The notes beneath the pieces were generated by a model, which was not told the origin of the DNA, searched no databases, and saw only the letters and a list, made by a program, of their open reading frames with translations. The position numbers were made by a program, and so were the translations under genes. A stretch of 64,000 nt of DNA. Origin: a virus. Lineage: Duplodnaviria; Heunggongvirae; Uroviricota; Caudoviricetes. Below are positions 46,700 through 53,403 of this stretch, piece after piece; the stretch's first letter is position 1; every line of letters begins with the position of its first letter. The stretch lies in the IMG/VR virus record IMGVR_UViG_2795385619_000008, positions 14,166-78,165 of that record, one strand, 5' to 3'.

Positions 46700-46985
46700 C
46701 GAGAGGGAGGCCACCGGTTCGATCCTGGTCAGCTGGGGAGCGCCCTGGCTGTAGCTCAGTGGCAGAGCGCCCTCGTTAAACGACGCGTGGCCCCGGCTCG
46801 CATAACCAGAACCAAGTACGAGTAGCGCTCGGAACGGAGCGGTTCTTACGGGGAATGTGGAGAGACATCTCCGCGCGGCCATCGGGATGCCGATGGTCAT
46901 ATGGATGACAGGGTAATCCCGCAGTAGGTTCCGATAAAAAGGATCCGACCTGAGGTGCCGTACCTGGGCCGTGTCGTCCATTAAT

Positions 46986-47056
46986 CAGGCTGTAGTGAAA
47001 CGGGATCATGCCGGTTTTGGGTACCGGTGGTGGAGGTTCAATTCCTCCCAGCTTGA
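46986..47056 (+). tRNA. tRNA-Pro (TGG).
   Basis: Hand fold. Anticodon loop TTTGGGT. Confidence 0.6.
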
Positions 47057-47168
47057 CGAGAAGAGTTGTCGGTATATCTCCACGCGCAGGGAACCGTCCG
47101 TCTGATCGCGAACGATAGACGAAAATTCGCGCGCTACGCCCCCCTAGCGTCAACATGGTGGGCACCAT

Positions 47169-47241
47169 TGGCCTGTAGCTCAATTGGTAGAGCAGCGAGC
47201 TGTTAACTCGCGAGGTGTAGGTTCGACTCCTGCCAAGCCAG
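47169..47241 (+). tRNA. tRNA-Asn (GTT).
   Basis: TAGCTCAATTGGTAGAGC D-arm. Loop CTGTTAA. Confidence 0.65.
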
Positions 47242-47351
47242 CGTTGGAACGTGGTGCAAGCGTAGAGCAGCCAAGCGCGACGGCGAGTGGTGAGCACATC
47301 GGCAGTCGACGGTCGAAGATGCCAGGGAAAAGCTGTTCGTTCCTAACCAAT

Positions 47352-47428
47352 CTCGTCGCGAATAGGCGATCAACGCAGACTGTAAATCTGTTCCTTCGGG
47401 TGTGCAGGTTCGACTCCTGACGGCGAGA
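47352..47428 (+). tRNA. tRNA-Tyr (GTA).
   Basis: Loop CTGTAAA, long variable arm. Confidence 0.55.
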
Positions 47429-47507
47429 CAATGAGACTGGTGTGGAACGAACTGAAGGCTTGCGGCAAGCAGAAACGTTCCCCCGCCCGCAAGGCCAGTC
47501 TCAGCCT

Positions 47508-47580
47508 TGATGATTGGTGTAACCGGCAGCACACGTGGCTCTGAACCACGTAGGTCTTGGTTCGAATCCAGGGTCATCAG
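47508..47580 (+). tRNA. tRNA-Gln (CTG).
   Basis: Loop CTCTGAA. Confidence 0.55.
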
Positions 47581-47662
47581 CTTTTGGGTCAACCGGTAGG
47601 TACCTGCCATGAGTTGACTGTCCGGTGGCTCGCATGCCCTCCGTCACAGAAGCATGCCGCAT

Positions 47663-47747
47663 GGAAGGCTCCGCTGAATGGTCGGCAACCGGCGTCGAAT
47701 ACCGGGGCAGGCAGTGCGTCCTGGGGGTTCGAGTCCTCAGCTTTCCG
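47663..47747 (+). tRNA. tRNA-Ser (CGA).
   Basis: Long variable arm. Loop GTCGAAT. Confidence 0.45.
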
Positions 47748-47829
47748 CTCCTAAAGTCTTCCACCTGCCTGAATGGTGGCTAATCAGGTGTGCTCCAAGA
47801 TCGCGTGGACACGGCAACAGGTGGACCAA

Positions 47830-47913
47830 GGAGAGCGCAACTAGTTAGGTGACTAGGCCCGGTTGCTAACCGGATCGCTGCTCTGCAGTAGGTTTCGAAT
47901 ACCTGCCTCTCCA
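47830..47913 (+). tRNA. tRNA-Ser (GCT).
   Basis: Loop TTGCTAA, long variable arm. Confidence 0.55.
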
Positions 47914-48363
47914 CGCACCCACACGAACTCTGTTGTGGGAGATATAGTTAAGACATTCGGGGCATGGCCCATAAGCCACCGCAAGGTGGTGAAAGGTGGG
48001 GTGACAACCCACCACCCGCAAGGGCAATCCATGCAATCCAATCCTTGAGCAGTCAGTGATGGCTGCCAGGTCGTGAGTCTGCCCGTGACCGACGCCGAAT
48101 GTGGTGAGGTCAGCAGCCCGTATCGTGCGGGTGCTCCGTGGGAGTAATGCAGGGGACAGGACAAGCGGCCTGTGGAACGGAAGGAACTGAGTCCGAGCCT
48201 CGCAAGCAAGGGCGTGTTCCATGATCGATCTCGCGTCGGGCGACGGCTCGCAATGCGGTTGAGAGAGAGTGTAATTAGCCCCGCCAGGCGAAAGCACGAG
48301 AGGCGTGAAGCATTCTGTGCCACAAAAGGGTTCGGAACTTCATGGGGAAGCACGTCTTTGGTC

Positions 48364-48436
48364 AAACATCTAGCTCATTTGGTAGAGCATCTGTCGCATA
48401 AACAGTTGGTAGCCGGTTCAATTCCGGCGATGTATA
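48364..48436 (+). tRNA. tRNA-Met (CAT).
   Basis: TAGCTCATTTGGTAGAGC. Loop CGCATAA. Confidence 0.55.
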
Positions 48437-48729
48437 CAAGCAAAAGTCCTTCCCCTGCCGAGGAGCAAAAGCGCCTTAATCCCAGACCTTCGGGAATCTG
48501 GGCCGCACAATAGTCCCGCAAGGTGAGTGCGGTTTGTAGGCAAGTACTGCAGCAGTGAGACGGCCATCTCATCGCGAAGGGAAAGCCGCAGAGTAGCTTT
48601 CGGCATGACGAGTGGTTCACGGTAACGGACCAGGCGTGAGAACTAGGTCAGGGATGGCCTGGAGAAGCAGCGAATCAATAATGCTGCGAAAGGTTCTCGA
48701 TAGCGGGTGTACTCTCAGCCTCTAACAAT

Positions 48730-48803
48730 CGACTCTTAGCTCAGTTAGGTAAGAGCGACCGGTTGAAGCCCGGTGCGCCCCCGTTCGATTCGGGGAGAGT
48801 CGG
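48730..48803 (+). tRNA. tRNA-Phe (GAA).
   Basis: Perfect acceptor CGACTCT/AGAGTCG. Loop TTGAAGC. Confidence 0.65.
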
Positions 48804-48925
48804 CGTGTAAGGGAAACCAGGTTCCACAGCTACTGGTGAAAAGCTGGGCACTCCACGTAAAAGGTCGCGTTGACTCGCGCGGATACGGTAGGCGATGAAC
48901 TGTCCTACCGGAATGAGTCACTCAT

Positions 48926-49000
48926 AGCGGGTTAGAGAAGTTCGGCCATCTCGCGAGCCTCATAAGCTTGAGACCACCGGTTCAAATCCGGTACCCGCCA
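48926..49000 (+). tRNA. tRNA with anticodon CAT (Met, or Ile-lysidine). The 1:72 pair is mismatched.
   Basis: Loop CTCATAA. D-stem GAGA/TCTC. Confidence 0.55.
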
Positions 49001-49064
49001 CAGGGTCCGCTCGCCAGCAAGTCTGGTCCTGAAACCCACGGAGACGGTTAAAGAGTCGGGCAAT

Positions 49065-49139
49065 CCCGTTGTTGGGCAATGGAGCGCCCACCGCCCTACG
49101 AAGGCGCAACGCATGCAGGTTCGAATCCTGTCAACGGGT
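49065..49139 (+). tRNA. tRNA-Arg (ACG).
   Basis: Acceptor CCCGTTG/CAACGGG. Loop CTACGAA. Confidence 0.6.
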
Positions 49140-49203
49140 CTGAGCGCTGTCGGTACAAAGCCCGAACGAACAGAGATGCCATGCTGCTCTGGCCAGCGCC
49201 ATA

Positions 49204-49274
49204 CCTTGTGTAGCTCAATGGCAGAGCTCCTCGCTGTGACCGAGGTTATCGCGGTTCAACTCCGCGCATAGGGA
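49204..49274 (+). tRNA. tRNA-His (GTG).
   Basis: Loop CTGTGAC. Confidence 0.55.
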
Positions 49275-49297
49275 CGTACAGACACTGAAAGGCCAAG

Positions 49298-49462
49298 ATG
49301 ACTGACAAGCTGCGCACGGGTATCGCCCATATCGACATCGTCAAGGCGGTGAACGATCTGATCGATCGCATGGATGCTCTTGAGGGCTTCCATTACGCGG
49401 TGGATGAGAAGCCGGTGGCCAAGAAGGCTCCCGCAAAGAAGGTAGCCCCACCTGCAGAGTAG
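49298..49462 (+). CDS. Small basic protein (54 aa) embedded in the tRNA array.
   Basis: ATG preceded by GAAAGG. MTDKLRTGIAHIDIVKAV...KKAPAKKVAPPAE. Confidence 0.35.
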   Translation: MTDKLRTGIAHIDIVKAVNDLIDRMDALEGFHYAVDEKPVAKKAPAKKVAPPAE

Positions 49463-49471
49463 GTGGCATAA

Positions 49472-49543
49472 GGCGAAGTGAGTGAGTGGCTAGCTGGCAG
49501 GCTGCAACCCTGACCCACACCGGTTCGAATCCGGTCTTCGTCT
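49472..49543 (+). tRNA. tRNA-Cys (GCA).
   Basis: Loop CTGCAAC. Confidence 0.55.
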
Positions 49544-49613
49544 CCGACGCGCTCGATGGGGCTGGTGAGCCATCGTAAAGCCGACGCGTTAGACCATGAA
49601 ATATCGGCACCAT

Positions 49614-49688
49614 GCTCCGGTAGCCCAATTTGGCAGAGGCGACAGGCTTAGACCCTGGAGGTTGTGGGTTCGAATCCCTCTCGGAGTA
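49614..49688 (+). tRNA. tRNA with anticodon TAG (a Leu anticodon) but a short class-I variable arm.
   Basis: Loop CTTAGAC. Variable AGGTT. Discriminator A. Confidence 0.45.
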
Positions 49689-49757
49689 CTCGACGGGTGG
49701 CCCCCGTGAAAGGGCCTGCAGTACTTCGGTAAAGCTGCGTCATCAAACACCGAGCCT

Positions 49758-49832
49758 GGTCGGCTAGGCAAACCTGGCAAAGCCGCCGAGCTCAAACCTC
49801 GGTGTCTGCGAGTTCGATCCTCGCGCCGACTA
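49758..49832 (+). tRNA. tRNA with anticodon CAA (a Leu anticodon) but a short class-I variable arm.
   Basis: Loop CTCAAAC. Variable TGTCT. Discriminator A. Confidence 0.45.
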
Positions 49833-49833
49833 C

Positions 49834-50046
49834 GTGAACAAGTATCGCCTGACAGCTGCGGGGGTCTCATATCTTGCCTGGGGCAAGGAGCTCACCCCGG
49901 AAGGTGCTAGGGCCCTGGTTGAAGCAGAGTGCGGCGTTAGGGCCAGTGACTGTCAGCGATACCACCCAGAGCGCTCACGTGGGCGCGATGGATACAGGAA
50001 GGCGTACCCGCATGTGTGGGCAGCGTTTCCCGCGATCACAAGTTAA
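49834..50046 (+). CDS. Possible small protein gene within the tRNA array.
   Basis: GTG-start ORF of 70 aa between tRNAs. Confidence 0.25.
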   Translation: MNKYRLTAAGVSYLAWGKELTPEGARALVEAECGVRASDCQRYHPERSRGRDGYRKAYPHVWAAFPAITS

Positions 50047-50047
50047 T

Positions 50048-50118
50048 GGGCGTTGGTGAAACGGAATCACCCTAGACTTTTAATCTATGAGTTGAGGGTT
50101 CAAATCCCTTGCGCCCTA
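50048..50118 (+). tRNA. tRNA-Lys (TTT), imperfect acceptor.
   Basis: Loop CTTTTAA. Confidence 0.45.
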
Positions 50119-50119
50119 C

Positions 50120-50191
50120 GGGAGTATAGTTAAGCGGTTATAACTCTTGGCTCTTACCCATGAATCCCAGGTTCGATCCCTGGTGCTCCCA
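50120..50191 (+). tRNA. tRNA-Lys (CTT).
   Basis: Loop CTCTTAC. D-stem GTTA/TAAC. Confidence 0.55.
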
Positions 50192-50192
50192 C

Positions 50193-50264
50193 TAGCTCGT
50201 CGTCCAATGGTTAGGACACCGCTCTGATAAGGCGGAAACCAGTGTTCAACTCACTGCGGGCTTA
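50193..50264 (+). tRNA. tRNA-Ile (GAT).
   Basis: Loop CTGATAA. Confidence 0.5.
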
Positions 50265-50271
50265 CCAACTT

Positions 50272-50342
50272 ACGACTGTAACTCGGACAGACCAACGGCC
50301 TCCTAAGCCGCGTGGAAGCAGGTTCAACTCCTGTCGGTCGTG
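50272..50342 (+). tRNA. tRNA-Arg (CCT).
   Basis: Loop CTCCTAA. Confidence 0.5.
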
Positions 50343-50390
50343 CGCCAGTATGCATTTCGTACCCCTCGGGCCTACGTTCTGCATACTCAT

Positions 50391-50464
50391 GCGAGTGTGA
50401 TGTTTAACGGTTAGCATCTCTGTCTTCCAAACAGATCGTGCCAGTTCGAATCTGGTCACTCGTT
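50391..50464 (+). tRNA. tRNA-Gly (TCC).
   Basis: Loop CTTCCAA. Confidence 0.55.
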
Positions 50465-50590
50465 CGACGTCCTGGGATGGACGACCCTACGGTGGAGACT
50501 TCGGTTGTCGCCGGAAGCTTGTGCGCGGATAGAGCATCCGCCAGGGACCTCTCGCTGCAGCATTGGCACCCTCAACCAAAAGCTCGATAT

Positions 50591-50658
50591 GCCTGGTTAG
50601 TCTGGGACGAAAGCTGGCTTACATCCAGCCAAGCGGTGTTCGATTCACCGACTGGGTA
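50591..50658 (+). tRNA. tRNA-Val (TAC), short D-arm.
   Basis: Loop CTTACAT. Confidence 0.45.
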
Positions 50659-50663
50659 CGCAG

Positions 50664-50737
50664 GCCTCATTAGCTCATCCGGCTAGAGCACTTCCTTAGT
50701 AACGAAGAGGCGCGGGGTTCGAGACCTCGATGAGGCC
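50664..50737 (+). tRNA. tRNA-Thr (AGT).
   Basis: Perfect acceptor GCCTCAT/ATGAGGC. Loop TTAGTAA. Confidence 0.55.
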
Positions 50738-50976
50738 CGACGTTCAGTCTTTCTGCATGTTCAGCTTTGTTGAACAGCAGGGGGATTGAACACTTGGGGG
50801 CGCATGTTCCAAGGTGGCGACCGATCCTTGCAAGATTGGTGTGGTCGCGTTCAATTCGCACCGTCTCCACGGGAGTTTTGGCCAAGCAGCTCCAGGGTTT
50901 GATTCCCAGAAAGTTGGCTCAGGTTGTTCGTACCTGCCCCAGTGGCCTCGAAAACCGCTGGGGGTAAACGTCCTAA

Positions 50977-51049
50977 GCACGTGTAGCTCAATCGGGAGAG
51001 CGCCACCCTGTCAAGGTGGAGGCAGCGGGATCAAAACCCGCCACGGGCG
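50977..51049 (+). tRNA. tRNA-Asp (GTC) with a non-canonical T-loop ATCAAAA.
   Basis: Loop CTGTCAA. Confidence 0.55.
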
Positions 51050-51050
51050 C

Positions 51051-51389
51051 GTGAGTAGAGAACTAGTGCTGTCAGTGACCCTGAAGGATTGTCGTGTAGA
51101 CACATTCCGATCAGGTGGCAAGGGTGGCCAGAACCAGAACAAGCGCGAGACGGGTGTGCGGATTACGCACGAGCCATCTGGTGCGATTGGTGAGTCGCGC
51201 GAGGAGCGTAGTCAGCTTCAGAACAAGCAGGCTGCGTTTCGTCGAATGGCGGGCTCACCGAAGTTCCAGCTCTGGGTGAAGCGTCAAGTCGGTCGTGATG
51301 ACCTGCAGAAGGCCCAGGTGGAGCGCGATATGTGGCCGGTGAACCTCAAGACCGAGGTTCGCGAGTCCGGCAAATGGGTTGAGCAGTAA
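51051..51389 (+). CDS. GGQ-motif peptidyl-tRNA hydrolase domain protein (stand-alone class-I release-factor catalytic domain, ArfB/PrfH-like).
   Basis: DCRVDTFRSGGKGGQNQNKRETGVRITHEPSGAIGESREERSQLQNKQ matches release-factor domain 3. GTG start 2 nt after tRNA-Asp. Confidence 0.65.
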   Translation: MSRELVLSVTLKDCRVDTFRSGGKGGQNQNKRETGVRITHEPSGAIGESREERSQLQNKQAAFRRMAGSPKFQLWVKRQVGRDDLQKAQVERDMWPVNLKTEVRESGKWVEQ

Positions 51390-51430
51390 CCCGTTCGATG
51401 TTCGGTATTGACCGCACAGCGAACACTCAA

Positions 51431-51501
51431 GGTCCATTGGTGTAGTGAGAGCACACCACCCTCTCAAGGTGTTGGTGCGGGTTTGATTCCCGCATGGACT
51501 A
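51431..51501 (+). tRNA. tRNA-Glu (CTC).
   Basis: Loop CTCTCAA. T-loop TTTGATT. Confidence 0.55.
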
Positions 51502-51505
51502 CTCG

Positions 51506-51548
51506 GAAGGCCCTCAGCGCAAGCTGGGGGCCTTTTTCGTACCCACAT
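51506..51548 (+). terminator. Rho-independent terminator closing the RNA island.
   Basis: Hairpin CCCTCAGC-GCAA-GCTGGGGG followed by CCTTTTTCGT. Confidence 0.55.
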
Positions 51549-51552
51549 GAAC
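51541..51552 (-). promoter_or_regulatory. Motif copy ACCCACATGAAC. Its ATG opens an 11-codon leader (MNPKALNTIGT) whose TGA overlaps the ATG at 51579.
   Basis: Exact 12-mer. Confidence 0.45.
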
Positions 51553-51578
51553 CCCAAAGCTCTCAATACCATTGGTAC

Positions 51579-51692
51579 ATGAAGGAATTCAGGAAGCACC
51601 TCTGCATCGCGATCTTCGCTCTCACTGTCATTGACGCCGTGCTGTCGGTGCTCGAGCTGATTGATGCCATCAAGCAGGGACGTGACGCATGA
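51579..51692 (+). CDS. Small membrane protein of 37 aa.
   Basis: Hydrophobic ORF. Confidence 0.3.
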   Translation: MKEFRKHLCIAIFALTVIDAVLSVLELIDAIKQGRDA

Positions 51693-51988
51693 GCGCCAAT
51701 CCCTATGACTTCGAGAAGATTCCGACCGTCACGTCAGAGATGATCCGATTCGCACGGGACATCATGTGGCGTGGTGTTTCGTCTGGCCCATCTAGTCCCG
51801 GTACGAGCCTGATCAATGAGGTCGTGCTCTGGCTCGAAGAGCGTGCTGCGAGTTACCAGGCAGTTGAAGAGCAGGAAGCTGTCGAGAGGGCCTTCATCGA
51901 CGCCGTGGAAGAAGAGGTCGGACAGGGCTGGACGTATCCAGGCGCGATCCGGAAGGTTCTTTCTACCCACAAACTGGAGAAGTTGTGA
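51689..51988 (+). CDS. Hypothetical protein.
   Basis: ATGA overlap. Confidence 0.4.
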   Translation: MSANPYDFEKIPTVTSEMIRFARDIMWRGVSSGPSSPGTSLINEVVLWLEERAASYQAVEEQEAVERAFIDAVEEEVGQGWTYPGAIRKVLSTHKLEKL

Positions 51989-52082
51989 AGCGCCTGGACG
52001 ATTGGGCCTGGTACGTGTCACTCGCCATGGGTGGGTTCGTGATCATCCTGGTCCTGCTCTTCCCGGTTCTGATGGAGCTGAG

Positions 52083-52619
52083 GTGGGGGCATTGAGCGAG
52101 GCTGACCGCGTGAGTCGCCGTGTGCTTGTCACTGGTAGCCGCGACTGGCCGGACCCGAAGCCGGTTATCTACGCCCTCAACAGCCAGTGGCTCAAGGCGC
52201 ACAAGAAGGGCGAGAAGCTCGTTGTTGTGCAAGGGGAGTGTCCCAAGGGTGCTGATCTCTTCGCTGCCGAGTGGGCCCAGTTCCGCGAGGATCGCGGTTG
52301 CCGCGTCAAGAATGAGTCGCATCCCGCAGATTGGGATCGCGACTGTGACTACCACTGCACCCATCCACCTCGGTGGAAGTGGGGTAAGCCGTACTGTCCG
52401 CTCGCTGGACATCTACGCAACCAGGCGATGGTGGACCTTGGCGCTGACATCTGCATTGCATTCCCACTGAAGGACTCTCGGGGTACTTGGGACTGCATGA
52501 AGCGCGCTAAGAAGGCTGGAATCTCCGTCATCAACTTCGGGTACGACGGGCCCCTGTGCGCTCCCTGGATCGACTATCACATTGATCCACATACAGGTCC
52601 GTGTGCACGTGCCCGCTGA
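52083..52619 (+). CDS. Rossmann-fold SLOG/DUF2493-like (DprA/Smf-related) protein with a C-terminal Cys/His cluster.
   Basis: RVLVTGSRDW...VVVQGECPKGADLFAAEWA. GTG start. Confidence 0.45.
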   Translation: MGALSEADRVSRRVLVTGSRDWPDPKPVIYALNSQWLKAHKKGEKLVVVQGECPKGADLFAAEWAQFREDRGCRVKNESHPADWDRDCDYHCTHPPRWKWGKPYCPLAGHLRNQAMVDLGADICIAFPLKDSRGTWDCMKRAKKAGISVINFGYDGPLCAPWIDYHIDPHTGPCARAR

Positions 52620-52738
52620 TCCGTTCTGGTTTGAGAAGTACCCCGCAATTCCCGGCAAGGGTTACCGCGACTCGGCATGCGACTACGACCCAGTGACTGT
52701 CTATGACGGAGCTCAGATCATGGGAGAGGTGAACAGCG

Positions 52739-53092
52739 ATGAGTGAACTGAAGCAAATGATTGTCATGCGTAAGGATCTCGGCATGCGTGCCGGGAAGAT
52801 GGTTTCACAAGGTGCTCACGCCTCTCTGGGTGCCGTTCTCGAGTACCGCGATGACCCACGGGTGGTTGAGTGGCTCGCCGGTTCGTTCACGAAGGTCTGT
52901 GTGCGGGTGGAGAGCGAAGACGCACTGATTGACCTCTGGGGCAAGGCAATTAAAGCCAACCTCCCAAACGCGCTGATTACGGATAACGGTAAGACCGAAT
53001 TCCATGGCATCTTGACCACTACGTGCTGCGCTATCGGCCCCGCAACGGCTGAAGAGCTTGCACCGATCACGGGGGCGTTGAAGCTTCTATGA
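52739..53092 (+). CDS. pth2: Peptidyl-tRNA hydrolase, Pth2 family.
   Basis: MIVMRKDLGMRAGKMVSQGAHAS signature, 117 aa. Confidence 0.7.
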   Translation: MSELKQMIVMRKDLGMRAGKMVSQGAHASLGAVLEYRDDPRVVEWLAGSFTKVCVRVESEDALIDLWGKAIKANLPNALITDNGKTEFHGILTTTCCAIGPATAEELAPITGALKLL

Positions 53093-53403
53093 CCAACAAG
53101 CCTGCACTACCTGAATTGACTTGCGATGTATGCCATGACGAGCCAGCACGCGGTGTTTGTTCCGTTCCAGGTGTTCCCATCTCTATGGCATATGGAGATG
53201 AGTGCCTGAGGGCGAACGCACATCCGTGGTTCATTCTTGTCGGCGAGACCGCCACGATGGGTGGTCTTGATGGCGTGGCCGAGTGGTGGATTCACATGGT
53301 AGAGGACACCATTGCCCACCTTGGCGCCGAGTACACGCGTGAGCGTTTCGATCGTGAGGTGGCTGAGGCTCATGCGGAGATGAAGGCAGCGGGGTGGGTA
53401 TGA
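53089..53403 (+). CDS. Hypothetical Cys-containing protein.
   Basis: ATGA overlap. Confidence 0.4.
   Translation: MTNKPALPELTCDVCHDEPARGVCSVPGVPISMAYGDECLRANAHPWFILVGETATMGGLDGVAEWWIHMVEDTIAHLGAEYTRERFDREVAEAHAEMKAAGWV

Noticed and set aside
46716-46742. A second T-arm plus acceptor (ACCGGTTCGATCCTGGTCAGCTGG) considered as the true tmRNA 3-prime end.
   Set aside because: The 5-prime GGGGCTG pairs with the first CAGCTCC, not with CAGCTGG. The element is better explained as the 3-prime half of a permuted tRNA-like structure.
47914-48363. RNase P RNA or a group I intron as the identity of the 450-nt structured region.
   Set aside because: The universal P4 sequences (GGAAAGUCCGG / ACAGAACCCGGCUUA) are not present exactly. 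The flanking tRNAs are intact, so there is no interrupted exon. It is left as an unassigned ncRNA candidate.
46776-48513. Six-frame ORFs inside the RNA island. Examples are 46776..47297 (-), 47203..47610 (-), 47853..48365 (-) and 48172..48513 (+).
   Set aside because: They overlap folded tRNAs and structured RNA, lack ribosome-binding sites, and have low-complexity Arg/Ser/Pro-rich translations typical of spurious GC-rich ORFs.
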